Part shown: piece by piece, positions 1 through 9,258 of the stretch
How positions within the stretch are numbered: position 1 is the stretch's first letter
How the letters are laid out: every line of letters starts with the position of its first letter
DNA from: an uncultured delta proteobacterium
GTDB lineage: Bacteria > Myxococcota_A > Polyangia > Polyangiales > Polyangiaceae
DNA length: 64,000 bases
Assembly (NCBI GenBank): GCA_963716725.1
Contig: CAVQUB010000001.1
Coordinates: forward strand, 1 to 64,000
Direction of reading: 5' to 3'
Notes under the pieces: model-generated
The model's input: only the letters and a program-made list of their open reading frames with translations
What the model was told of the DNA's origin: nothing
Database searches by the model: none
Made by a program: the position numbers and the translations under genes

Positions 1-43
1 CTTGGAAGTCCCCAGGGGGGGAACCAGAATGGCCTTCGCGCGC

Positions 44-166
44 TCACAGGGAAGAGCATGGCGCGTGGCCCGCGAACAGGCTCGGCGTGAGCGTTCGGTA
101 CTCGAGCTTGCCGGTGGCCTTGCGAATCGCGATCACCGGCGCAAACGATTCGCGCTCGATCACCAT
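44..166 (-). CDS. possible small ORF (40 aa) or frameshifted start of a gene running off the window
   Basis: ATG at 166 preceded by GGGAGG; reads MVIERESFAPVIAIRKATGKLEYRTL...; no recognisable motif. Confidence 0.2.
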   Translation of the reverse strand: MVIERESFAPVIAIRKATGKLEYRTLTPSLFAGHAPCSSL

Positions 167-232
167 CACCCACCTCCCGAGAAACGCTACCCTGCGTTCA
201 GCAGACACCCAATCAAATCTCGCGTCAACCAG

Positions 233-1294
233 CTACGGGACTCGCTCGCGACCGCGCGCTTCCACCGCGGCCTCGAGTTTGTTCGTCGCGCGCGGCAATG
301 ACCAAGCGCTCCTCCAAGCCTCAGCGGCAGTCGTACCAATGCGACGCGCGAGCAACTCGCCGAGCAGTCGCACTCCGAGCCCGCTCGGCGCGATGGGCTC
401 CGGTCCGAGTTGGCGGAGAGCGTGAGCAAACGCCGGCTGGTCGCCGTCGAGGCTGGCAGCGACCGCGGCGGCGATCAGCGCGTCAGCGTCGTTGGGATCG
501 GAGGCCAGCACTCGATCGGCCTCGCGCTTTGCGGCGCTGGTCCTGCCGATCGCGGCGGCTCGGAGCGCCAGTGCCCCCGGCGATACGCCGGCGCTCTGTG
601 CGAGCGCGCGCGCTCTCGCGGAGTCACCGGCGACGAGTGCACGATCGACGTCGTCGGTCACCGCTTGCCGATCGTCGGGTCGGCGGGCGCCGAGGGGATC
701 GGCAGGCAAGCTGAGCGGTGCGGTCGCGTGCGCAGCTCGAGCTGCGTCTCGCGCCGCCTTGGAGGTCGGGTTTCTGACCAAGAGCGCCCAGAGCCAGCGT
801 CGGGCGTCGTCGCGGCGACCGAGCTTCTCGTAGGCACGGATCACCAAGAGTGACGCGGCCTCATCGTCGGGATCGAGGGCCACCGCGCGCTCGGCCAGGG
901 GAAGAGCGGCGCGGGCGTTGCCTTTGGCGAGGGCGCAGGCGGCGCGTTCGCGAGACAAAGGCGCGTAGTCGGGGTCGAGTTCTTCGGCGTGCGCGAACGA
1001 CGCCGCGGCGTCCTTGCCGGCGCGGCACTGAACCGCGCCGAGGCGGGTCCAGACGTCGGGGCTCGAGTCGTCGTCGAGCAGCGCGGCCTGATACTCACCG
1101 ATGGCGGCCTCGAGTTTGTCATCGTTCTCGTGCAAGACACCTTGCGCGTAGTGCGCGTAGGCCTCCGGCGAGATGTAGGGGCCGAGCTCGGTCCGACCCG
1201 AGTAGACACGAGTGACGCTCGAGCTGCCGATCCCGCACCCGGCGCTGCCGGCGACGGCCGCCACCATGAAGAGCGCGAGCGCGACGCGCGTCAC
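233..1294 (-). CDS. TPR-repeat lipoprotein
   Basis: Lipobox-like AGSAGC after a hydrophobic N-terminus; TPR-like helices (AYAHYAQG...AAIGEYQAAL, AERAVALDP); start overlaps the hisC stop. Confidence 0.75.
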   Translation of the reverse strand: MTRVALALFMVAAVAGSAGCGIGSSSVTRVYSGRTELGPYISPEAYAHYAQGVLHENDDKLEAAIGEYQAALLDDDSSPDVWTRLGAVQCRAGKDAAASFAHAEELDPDYAPLSRERAACALAKGNARAALPLAERAVALDPDDEAASLLVIRAYEKLGRRDDARRWLWALLVRNPTSKAARDAARAAHATAPLSLPADPLGARRPDDRQAVTDDVDRALVAGDSARARALAQSAGVSPGALALRAAAIGRTSAAKREADRVLASDPNDADALIAAAVAASLDGDQPAFAHALRQLGPEPIAPSGLGVRLLGELLARRIGTTAAEAWRSAWSLPRATNKLEAAVEARGRERVP

Positions 1295-2388
1295 GTCACC
1301 TCACGCAACGCCTGCAGGAATGCGTCGTTCTCGTGGCGGGCGCCGACCGTGACCCGGAGCTGAGAAGCCAAACGTCCGCCCCGCGCATGGAAGCTCCGAA
1401 CCAGGATCTTCTTCTGGCACAGCGCGTCGAAGACCTCGCCGGCGGGGCGCTCCGTCTTGAGCCACACGAAGTTCGCTTGGCTGGGCGTAGCCGCGACCCG
1501 CGGCACGTCGGCGAGCGCAGTCGAGAGACGCTCCCGCTCGTCCTTGACCGCGGCCGCGGTCGCCGCGACCTCGCCTCCGAGCTCAGTCAACACCGTGGTC
1601 GCGATGGATTGGGAGACGCTCGGCAGGTTGTAGGGAAGACGTACTTTGTCGAGCTCGCCCACCAGACCCGGCCGCGCGATGAGCCAGCCCACGCGCAGCG
1701 CCGCGAAGCCCACCTTCGAGAGCGTGCGCAGGAGCGCGACGTTCTCGTACTTGCGGTAGAGATCCAGGTGATCGCCCGACGAGTAGTCGATGTAGGCCTC
1801 GTCGACGACAACCAGCGCGCCGGCGGCGGCCTGGATCACGCGCTCCAGGCGATCGCGGCTCATCAGGTTGCCGGTCGGGTTGTTGGGCGTCGCGATGAAC
1901 ACCACGTTCGGCGGCGTCATCTCCAAGGCCTTGAGCATGGAGCTTTCGGCCAGATCCCACTCAGCGTCGAGGGGGACCTCGATCACGTTGAGGCCGCGGG
2001 CGCGGGCGCTCTGTCGGTACATCACGAAGCTGGGCGTCGTGGTCAGGACCGTGGGCACCAGGTTCTTGACGCGTGGTCGCACCAGCGCGGTGAGCAGGGT
2101 CGCGATCACCTCGTCGCTGCCCACGCCGGCGAACACCTCGTCGGCGCCGACGCCGGTCTTGGCCGCGATGGCCTCGCGCAAGTGCGCGGACCGCGCGTCC
2201 GGGTAGAGCTGCCACGCCGTGCTCCCGGCGACCTCGGCGAGACGGGCTCGCGCGGACGCGGAGAGCAGCGCAGGCGCCTCGTTGGCGTCGAGCCGGATCC
2301 TAAAGTCACCGGCCAGCGGCGCGTACACGCCTAGCTCCGCGAGCTCAGGGCGGACCAAATCAGAGATGGGGGACGACTGCTGTGGCAT
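1291..2388 (-). CDS. hisC: histidinol-phosphate aminotransferase
   Basis: LDANE, YPD, GSDE, PNNPTG, VVDEAY, RTLSKVGFAALRVG; ATG at 2388 overlaps the mvaA stop. Confidence 0.92.
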   Translation of the reverse strand: MPQQSSPISDLVRPELAELGVYAPLAGDFRIRLDANEAPALLSASARARLAEVAGSTAWQLYPDARSAHLREAIAAKTGVGADEVFAGVGSDEVIATLLTALVRPRVKNLVPTVLTTTPSFVMYRQSARARGLNVIEVPLDAEWDLAESSMLKALEMTPPNVVFIATPNNPTGNLMSRDRLERVIQAAAGALVVVDEAYIDYSSGDHLDLYRKYENVALLRTLSKVGFAALRVGWLIARPGLVGELDKVRLPYNLPSVSQSIATTVLTELGGEVAATAAAVKDERERLSTALADVPRVAATPSQANFVWLKTERPAGEVFDALCQKKILVRSFHARGGRLASQLRVTVGARHENDAFLQALREVT

Positions 2389-3731
2389 CAGGCTTCCTCT
2401 CTCAGCTTCGCGAGCTGTCGACTGGCTTCTTCCAGGGTGACGCTGCCGAGCTCGGCGATGGCGGCGGCGACGCGCTCGACCTCGTCCCCGCTTGCGCCAG
2501 CTGCCGCCGCTACGGCGCGCGCGTGCAGCGACATATGACCGCGCTGAATGCCCTCCGTGGCCAAGGCTCGGAGCGCGGCCAGGTTCGACGCTAGCCCTGC
2601 GCAAGCGGCGATCTCCTGGAGCTCCCCGGCGGTGGTCACTTCGAGCAGGCGGAGCGAGAGCCGCGCTGCAGGGTGGACGCGCAAGGTGCCGCCGACGATG
2701 CCCAGCGCGAGGGGCATCTCGAGCGTTCCGACCAGATCGGCCCCGTCGCGCCGCCAGGTCGCCAGCGGGCGATACTGCCCCGACGCCGACGCGAAGGCGT
2801 GGGCTCCGGCTTCGACGGCACGAAAATCGTTCCCCGTGGCGAGCACGACGGCGTCGACACCGTTCATGATGCCCTTGTTGTGGGTCGCCGCGCGGTAAGG
2901 ATCGAGCTCGGCGAAGCGCGAGGCCTCGACGATCAGATCGACGATCTCGGGGCCCGAGGGCGTGGCCTTGGGTGGCTCCGAGCCGCTGCTCGGGGTGAGC
3001 GACAGGTCTTTGGCGTGCACCCGACAGGTTGCACGTACGCGGCGACGATCGCAGAGGTTGGTCAGAATGCGCAGGCCGAGCTTGCCGCCGGTGAGCTCCG
3101 CGACGCGCGGGCCGATGGCCTCGGCGATGGAGTTCACCAAGTTTGCCCCCATGGCATCGCAGCAGTCGACGTGCACGTGCACGACCAGGCGGCTCTGCCC
3201 GATGTCCCGGACGTCGATGGATCGCGGTCCCCCGCCGCGCTCGACCAGGTTGGGCACGGCTCGGGCCCCGAGCGCGAGCAGCTCGGCCGCGTGGGCCTCG
3301 AGTCGGGCCACCGCGCGCGCGGGGTCGCCGACGTCGTAGGCTTCCACCTGAGTCGTCATCAGCGACTCGACCATCTCCGCCGAGAAACCGCCTGCGGCCC
3401 GGACCATCTTTGCGGCGTTGGAGGCGGCGGCGATGACGCTCGGTTCTTCGACGACCATCGGCACCAGGCGATCGCGGCCGTTGATCAGGAAATTGAGCGC
3501 CAACCCGAAGGGCAACGAGTAGGTGCCGAGCACATTCTCGACCAGCTTGTCGGCGGTGTCCGCGTCCAAGCCACCACGGCCCACGGCTGCCAAGATTTCG
3601 GCGGTGTCGATGCCGGTGCGACTCGAGATCTCGTCGATCCTGCCGGCGATGTCGAGCTTGTAGAAGGCCGGGATTCGCGAGCCCGATGCTCGAGGGTTGC
3701 CGTCGGCGGGCGAATCGCTGTTTCGAGTCAT
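2388..3731 (-). CDS. mvaA: class II hydroxymethylglutaryl-CoA reductase
   Basis: ENVLG, PMVVEEPSVIAAAS, DAMGAN, RAATHNKGIMNG, GNDFRAVEAGAH, EGIQRGHMSLHAR. Confidence 0.95.
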   Translation of the reverse strand: MTRNSDSPADGNPRASGSRIPAFYKLDIAGRIDEISSRTGIDTAEILAAVGRGGLDADTADKLVENVLGTYSLPFGLALNFLINGRDRLVPMVVEEPSVIAAASNAAKMVRAAGGFSAEMVESLMTTQVEAYDVGDPARAVARLEAHAAELLALGARAVPNLVERGGGPRSIDVRDIGQSRLVVHVHVDCCDAMGANLVNSIAEAIGPRVAELTGGKLGLRILTNLCDRRRVRATCRVHAKDLSLTPSSGSEPPKATPSGPEIVDLIVEASRFAELDPYRAATHNKGIMNGVDAVVLATGNDFRAVEAGAHAFASASGQYRPLATWRRDGADLVGTLEMPLALGIVGGTLRVHPAARLSLRLLEVTTAGELQEIAACAGLASNLAALRALATEGIQRGHMSLHARAVAAAAGASGDEVERVAAAIAELGSVTLEEASRQLAKLREEA

Positions 3732-3745
3732 CGGGGAAGGGCCTC

Positions 3746-4642
3746 TTAACACGCGTGGACCCCGCGGGCCGCGAACGAAAGCTCGAGGCGAGTGTGACCG
3801 AATCGCTCGCGGCGCAGGGTCAGCGCGCTCGAAGGTGGCGCGAGGCCGACGAACACGGCGACGTCGCCGCCGCCGGCGCCCGAGGGGATCACCACCGCCC
3901 CTTCGGCGACGGCGAGGGCTCCGAGCTCTGCGAGGGCCGGGGTGACGATCTCGATGCCCGCGGCCTGCCCGAGCGCCGACAGTCCGCGACGCTGGTGATC
4001 CAGCTGTGCGACGAGTCCACGCGCATCGCCAGCCCGAACTGCCTCGCCAGCAGCCGCGGCAGCCCGGCGCAGCGCCTCGAGTCGCTCCTCGAAGAGCGCG
4101 GGCTCTCGCTGGGCGAGCTCGGCGACTTGCGCGACGTAGCTGGACGTTGAGGTCGGGGCGCCGCCTGCCCAGACCTCCCAGACGAGGCCTTCCGGCAGTC
4201 CGACGGTCTCGGTGACGAGCTGCTCATCCCGACGTCGCACGATGAGCGTGCCGCCGTGCGCCGCACACGCGACGTCGACACCGCTGCCCCCGCCTTGTGC
4301 CGCACGGTGCGCAACGAGTGCAGGTTCGAAGACTGCCGCCGCGAGTCCGGCATCTTCGCCGGAGGAGCCGGCCGCGAGTTCGAGCGCCGCCAGACTCGCC
4401 ACCAAGATCGCAGCGCTCGAGCCGAGCCCGAGCTTGCCCTGCGGGCCTCGAAGCTCGCTCGCGTCGAACCAGGGTGCGCATCGGTCACCGATGGCGGCGC
4501 GAACCTCCGGCGTCACGAATTCGGCGGCGCGTCCGGTGTCTGCGACGGCGTAGCGCGAGACCGCGGTGACGATGGCTGGCGCTCCGTACAGGACCGCGTA
4601 GGCGCCGGACAGCACCAGCTTCCCCGGAGCGCGGGCCCTCAC
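3746..4642 (-). CDS. GHMP kinase, probable phosphomevalonate kinase
   Basis: APGKLVLSGAYAVL, KLGLGSSAA, AQGGGSGVDVA, PSGAGGGD; located between mvaD and mvaA. Confidence 0.82.
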   Translation of the reverse strand: MRARAPGKLVLSGAYAVLYGAPAIVTAVSRYAVADTGRAAEFVTPEVRAAIGDRCAPWFDASELRGPQGKLGLGSSAAILVASLAALELAAGSSGEDAGLAAAVFEPALVAHRAAQGGGSGVDVACAAHGGTLIVRRRDEQLVTETVGLPEGLVWEVWAGGAPTSTSSYVAQVAELAQREPALFEERLEALRRAAAAAGEAVRAGDARGLVAQLDHQRRGLSALGQAAGIEIVTPALAELGALAVAEGAVVIPSGAGGGDVAVFVGLAPPSSALTLRRERFGHTRLELSFAARGVHAC

Positions 4643-5622
4643 GCCACGCTCCGCGGATCTTGGTCGGTGATCGCGGCGTCGGGACCGGGACCGCTGATGA
4701 TGGTGCGTTCAACCCCGGGGACTTCCCCGACCGAAGCAGCCACCCGGGCCGCGTGCTCATCGAGGGTGAGCACCTTCACGTGGGGACCGGCGTCCATGGT
4801 GTAGAACGCGGGCGTTCCCTGCGAGCGCAACTCACGGACCTTCGCCATCACCGCCAGCGTCGTCGGTTGCAAGTAGATCACCGCCGGGCTCGCGGCGAGC
4901 ATCGAAGCGTGCATCATCAACGCGCTGTGCTCCATGGCGACGCCGAGCCTCTCGATGTCCCTTTCGAGCACGGCTCGGCGCACCTCTTCGTAGAGTTTGG
5001 GCGCGTGATCGACCCAGGGCGCGTAGTAGGGGCTGGTCGCCGCGGTGTGCTGCATGCCCGGAGTCGAGCCGATGGCCTTGGGTCCTTTGGTCGTCAGCGT
5101 CACCACCATCGCCAGGGGAAAGTGATCTCCGGGGGCGACGCGCTCGGCGCGGCGTGCGCCCGCGGGTAGCGCTGCGTAGCCGCCGAAGAGCGATCGAGCC
5201 GCCGAGGCGCTGGAGGCGCGGGCGAGATCGCTGAGCTCTTCCAGGCTGAGATCGAGTCCGGCTGCCCGGGTGGCGGCCAGGGCGAGGGCGGCGAATCCCG
5301 AGGCGCTGGAAGCGAGTCCGGCCGCCGTCGGGAAGTCGTTGCGCGAGACGACCCGTGCCCGCATGGCCAGGTTGGCCCGGGCGCGCACTCGGTCGAGCAG
5401 CTCGACGACGCGAGCGAGGGGTCGCGCCTTCAGGACGGCGCCGTCGAGCTCGGCTTCATCGGCTGTGAGCGAGGCGTCGAAATCGACCTCGGTGAAGCTA
5501 CGCAGCCCGGCCAGGGTGAGCGAGAGGCTGGGCGTGGCCGGCAGGTTCTCGGCCACGCTGGCCTTCCCCCAGTACTTCGCCAGAGCGATGTTGGAGCAGG
5601 CCACGGCACGCACGCGGGTCAT
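4639..5622 (-). CDS. mvaD: diphosphomevalonate decarboxylase
   Basis: NIALAKYWGK, NLPATPSLSLTL, PTAAGLASSASGFAAL, TMDAGPHVK; ATG at 5622 overlaps the mvk stop. Confidence 0.95.
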   Translation of the reverse strand: MTRVRAVACSNIALAKYWGKASVAENLPATPSLSLTLAGLRSFTEVDFDASLTADEAELDGAVLKARPLARVVELLDRVRARANLAMRARVVSRNDFPTAAGLASSASGFAALALAATRAAGLDLSLEELSDLARASSASAARSLFGGYAALPAGARRAERVAPGDHFPLAMVVTLTTKGPKAIGSTPGMQHTAATSPYYAPWVDHAPKLYEEVRRAVLERDIERLGVAMEHSALMMHASMLAASPAVIYLQPTTLAVMAKVRELRSQGTPAFYTMDAGPHVKVLTLDEHAARVAASVGEVPGVERTIISGPGPDAAITDQDPRSVA

Positions 5623-6518
5623 GGGCTCTCCTTCTTCGCGCCGACGTGGGTGCTGAAGCAGGTGAGCCCCTGCGCGCGCCACGCCGCGAGCACCGGCTCG
5701 GGATCCGACTCGACCAGCGCGATCACGCAGCCCCCGCCGCCGGCGCCGGTGAGCTTGGCGCCGAGTGCGCCCGCCGAGCGTGCCAAGCGACACGCGAACT
5801 CGATCTCTTCTGTTGATACCATCAGCCCCGAGAGCAGCATTTGATTCAGATCCATGAGTCGGCCGAGCCCGGTCAAGTCGCCCGCCTCGAGGGCGAGCCG
5901 CGCGTTTTTCACGAGCGCCTCGATGCCAGCGAGGGATTTCTGAAACACCTCGGGTCGTCGCTCAGCGATCCTTGCAACCGACTCGACCATCGATCGCGTG
6001 CTCGCAGCGGGGCCCGCGACGGCCACGGCCAGGGTGAAGGGAAGTCCCAGCCGGAGCGGCTCGGGTCCGGAGGCCTTGGTGAACCAGATGCAGCCGCCAT
6101 GAGCCGCGGCGGCGGCGTCGATTCCCGACGGATTGCCGTGGAACACGCGCTCCCATGCCGTAGCAGCCGCCAGCGTACGCTCGGATGAGGCGTCGCCGTC
6201 GAGCGCTTGCACCGCGCGGGCGATGGCGACGGCGAGGGCCGCCGAAGAGCCGAGGCCACAGCCCACCGGGAGGCACGTCGTCGCCCGAACGCTCACGGAT
6301 CCGGCGCCGAGCTCTGCGAGCAAGGCCGACAGGGCACGCCCGAGCTCGCTGCCGTCGCCGGGGATCACGCGCACCTCCCCGATGGACAGCTCGGTGTCGG
6401 TTGCGCGGTCGACTTCGGCGTCGGCGCCTCGATCGATGCCCGCGGCGATGGCGGGGACTCCGTGAACGACGGCGTGCTCGCCGAGCAGGATCACCTTGCC
6501 GCAGCCGTGCCCCATCAA
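5619..6518 (-). CDS. mvk: mevalonate kinase
   Basis: GKVILLGEHAVVHG, PVGCGLGSSAA, HGNPSGID, GAKLTGAGGGG. Confidence 0.93.
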   Translation of the reverse strand: MMGHGCGKVILLGEHAVVHGVPAIAAGIDRGADAEVDRATDTELSIGEVRVIPGDGSELGRALSALLAELGAGSVSVRATTCLPVGCGLGSSAALAVAIARAVQALDGDASSERTLAAATAWERVFHGNPSGIDAAAAAHGGCIWFTKASGPEPLRLGLPFTLAVAVAGPAASTRSMVESVARIAERRPEVFQKSLAGIEALVKNARLALEAGDLTGLGRLMDLNQMLLSGLMVSTEEIEFACRLARSAGALGAKLTGAGGGGCVIALVESDPEPVLAAWRAQGLTCFSTHVGAKKESP

Positions 6519-7624
6519 CTTCGCCTGAGCGTCAGGACCCGCGCGGCGCCTTCCAAGAGCTCGATGCCATTTGGCGGCAAACGGCCGGCGCGCAGCGCTG
6601 CCAGCGCCGAGCCCACCAGCTCGTCGATACGGCCTTCGACCGCAGCGCGCGCGCCCGAGCGCTCGATGACTTCGACGGCTTGTTTGAGCTCCGTCACCGT
6701 CGCGCGGGAATTGCCCACCGCGGCCTTGAGCACGCGGTGGTCGCGCCCGCGAGCGCGCTTCAGGGCCGTGAGCAGCACGACCGTGTTCTTGCCCGCACGA
6801 AGATCGCTGCCGAAGGGTTTGCCGGTGGTCTTCGGATCGCCGAACACGCTCAACAGATCGTCGCGGAGTTGGTAGGCGATTCCGACTGGGAGAGCGAAGC
6901 GGTCCAGGGCGTTGAGCACGCGCGTGGGGGCGCCTGCCATCAGCGCGCCCATGCGCAGCGGGCCGCGAACGGTGTAGCTGCCGGTCTTCAGCTCGTAGAC
7001 CTTCTCGACGTCGGCTGCGTTCGCCAAGAGATCCAGCTGTTGCCCGGTGACCGCGGCAAGCTGCATTTCGGCAAAGCAGCCGAGCACGCGGCTCATGCGT
7101 TTGGGCTCGACTTCGACGCGTGAGAGCGCCTCGGTCGCGAGCGCGACGGCGTAGTCGCCGGCCAAGATGGCTGAGGCCTCGCCCTTCTCCCGAGACTTGA
7201 GCCGACGAGTGAGGGCGGCGTGCACGCTCGGCCCACCGCGGCGAGTCTCGTCGCGGTCCATCCAGTCGTCGTGAACCAGGAAGTAAGAGTGCAGCAGTTC
7301 GAGCGAGACCCCCGCGTCGAGGGCCGGCTCGAGGCTTGCTTCGGCGTTCGCCGCGCGGTAGCCGGCCACCAAGAGCGCTGCGCGTGCCCGCTTGCCGCCG
7401 CGAAGCGTCAGATCGCGCAGGGCACTGACCATCTCGGTCATGCCCGGGCCGAACACCTTCGCGGCTGCGAGGTGCTCATCGAGATAGCCGGCGAGCCGCG
7501 CGTCCACGTCGCGGCGAACTGCCGTGAGCAACGCCGCGAAGGGATTCTTCGCGATCGCCTTGGCCTTGGCCTGGGCCTTCGGGGGGCGCCGTCCGGAGCC
7601 GGAAGTCCTCGACCTCTTAGGCAT
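6515..7624 (-). CDS. polyprenyl diphosphate synthase (probably short-chain)
   Basis: GGKRAR, FARM HDDWMD..RRG, GQQLD, KT, SARM YQLRDD, DLRAGK. Confidence 0.92.
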   Translation of the reverse strand: MPKRSRTSGSGRRPPKAQAKAKAIAKNPFAALLTAVRRDVDARLAGYLDEHLAAAKVFGPGMTEMVSALRDLTLRGGKRARAALLVAGYRAANAEASLEPALDAGVSLELLHSYFLVHDDWMDRDETRRGGPSVHAALTRRLKSREKGEASAILAGDYAVALATEALSRVEVEPKRMSRVLGCFAEMQLAAVTGQQLDLLANAADVEKVYELKTGSYTVRGPLRMGALMAGAPTRVLNALDRFALPVGIAYQLRDDLLSVFGDPKTTGKPFGSDLRAGKNTVVLLTALKRARGRDHRVLKAAVGNSRATVTELKQAVEVIERSGARAAVEGRIDELVGSALAALRAGRLPPNGIELLEGAARVLTLRRS

Positions 7625-7724
7625 TTTCGGGTCGAGCGTAAGGAGGGCGCCGAAGGCTGTCAATGCCTGGCAGCCCGGTCAGAGCCCTTCTCTTTTCGGC
7701 GCACGTGTGGCCCGCTCCGCCTCG

Positions 7725-8777
7725 ATGAGCGAGATCGGCAAGCGCAAGGACGACCACCTCGACCTGGCGGCCCGGGGCGACGTCGGATTCCACCAGACGA
7801 CGACCTTGTTCGAAGCCATTCGCTTCGTTCACGACGCGCTGCCGGAGCTCTGTGCGGACGAGATTGATACCTCGCAGAAGGTGCTCGGCAAGGTGCTGCG
7901 GGCGCCGATCTTGATCGCCGGCATGACCGGCGGCACCGATCGCGCTCGGGCCATCAACCAGGAATTGGCCAAGCTGGCCCAGGCACGCGGCTACGCGTTT
8001 GGCCTCGGGAGCCAGCGCGCCATGCACAAGGATCCGACCGTCGGCGAGAGCTATCAGGTGAGGGATGTGGCTCCCGACGTCCTGCTCTTTGGGAATGTCG
8101 GCTTGGTGCAAGCCGCGCGCATGCCGAGTGAAGAGGTCGCCGAGCTCGCGCGCGCCGTGGGCGCCGACGCCATGTGTCTTCATCTCAATCCCGCTCAAGA
8201 AGCTGTGCAGCCGGGCGGCGACCGGGATTTCCGTGACGGTATCTCGAGTATCACGCGGCTGGTGCGCGATCTGTCCGTTCCCGTAGTCGTCAAGGAGACC
8301 GGCTGCGGGATTTCGTCGATGGTCGCCCGACGCTTGCGTGGCGCGGGCGTTCGACACGTCGACGTCTCGGGGGCGGGCGGCACGAGCTGGGTGGCCGTCG
8401 AGACTCAGCGCGCCGACGCGTCCAAGCGAGGTCTCGGTGAGACCTTCTGGGAGTGGGGGATCCCCACCGCCGCCAGTGTCGCGCTCTGCAGCGGTCACGG
8501 CTTCGACACAATCTTCGCGACCGGTGGCGTGACCACGGGTCTGGACGTGGCAAAGGCCATCGCGCTCGGAGCCCACGCCGCGGGTCTCGCTCGTCCCGTG
8601 CTCAAGGCCCTCGAGAGCGGCGGAGCGGCCGAGGCCAACGCCCTCTTCGATCGCATCGAGGCCGAGCTCTGCACGGCGATGCTGCTGGTCGGCGCCAAAG
8701 ATCTCGAGGCGCTGCGCCGCGCGCCGCGCGTGGTGAGTGCGGAGCTGTCGGCATGGACGAGCCAAGCGGGCGGGTGA
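7725..8777 (+). CDS. fni: type 2 (FMN-dependent) isopentenyl-diphosphate delta-isomerase
   Basis: RKDDHL, AGMTGG, GLGSQR, HLNPAQE, VKETGCG, DVSGAGGTSW, WGIPTA. Confidence 0.95.
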   Translation: MSEIGKRKDDHLDLAARGDVGFHQTTTLFEAIRFVHDALPELCADEIDTSQKVLGKVLRAPILIAGMTGGTDRARAINQELAKLAQARGYAFGLGSQRAMHKDPTVGESYQVRDVAPDVLLFGNVGLVQAARMPSEEVAELARAVGADAMCLHLNPAQEAVQPGGDRDFRDGISSITRLVRDLSVPVVVKETGCGISSMVARRLRGAGVRHVDVSGAGGTSWVAVETQRADASKRGLGETFWEWGIPTAASVALCSGHGFDTIFATGGVTTGLDVAKAIALGAHAAGLARPVLKALESGGAAEANALFDRIEAELCTAMLLVGAKDLEALRRAPRVVSAELSAWTSQAGG

Positions 8778-8784
8778 CCAAAGC

Positions 8785-9258
8785 TCACTCTAGCAACGCG
8801 CGCAGTCGTGGCGTGATCTCGGCGACGGCCCCCTCGCCCTTGATCGAGCCCTCGATGCTCCGCTCGGAACAGCGGCCCTCGGGTGTCGGTCGCGCGAAGA
8901 GCGGGATCATCTGGGACAAGCAGCCGGCCTTGCCGAGTTCTGCCTGGTCGCGATCGCGATCCAGCTCCAAGAGCCTCAGATCCGGGAAGTCGCGGTCGAG
9001 CTTTCCGGCGGCCGCCGCGTCGTGAAAACGAACGCAGGGCTCGCACCACGGCGCGCCCACGTAGACCACCAGCTTCTTGCCGTCGGCCTTGGCGCGAGTG
9101 GCTTCGCGCGCGATGCTGGCGACCGCGTCTTGGTCCGGGGTGTACTTCAGGATCTCGACCTTGCCCGTGGGCCTCGGCTGCTCGCCCTGTGGAGCGGGTC
9201 GGTCGCTCTCGCACGAGACGAGGGCGGCGGCGCACAGCAGCGCGATGCGAGCGTTCAT
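8785..9258 (-). CDS. thioredoxin-family lipoprotein
   Basis: Signal ending LVSC; YVGAPWCEPC redox motif; start overlaps the GH5 stop. Confidence 0.8.
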   Translation of the reverse strand: MNARIALLCAAALVSCESDRPAPQGEQPRPTGKVEILKYTPDQDAVASIAREATRAKADGKKLVVYVGAPWCEPCVRFHDAAAAGKLDRDFPDLRLLELDRDRDQAELGKAGCLSQMIPLFARPTPEGRCSERSIEGSIKGEGAVAEITPRLRALLE

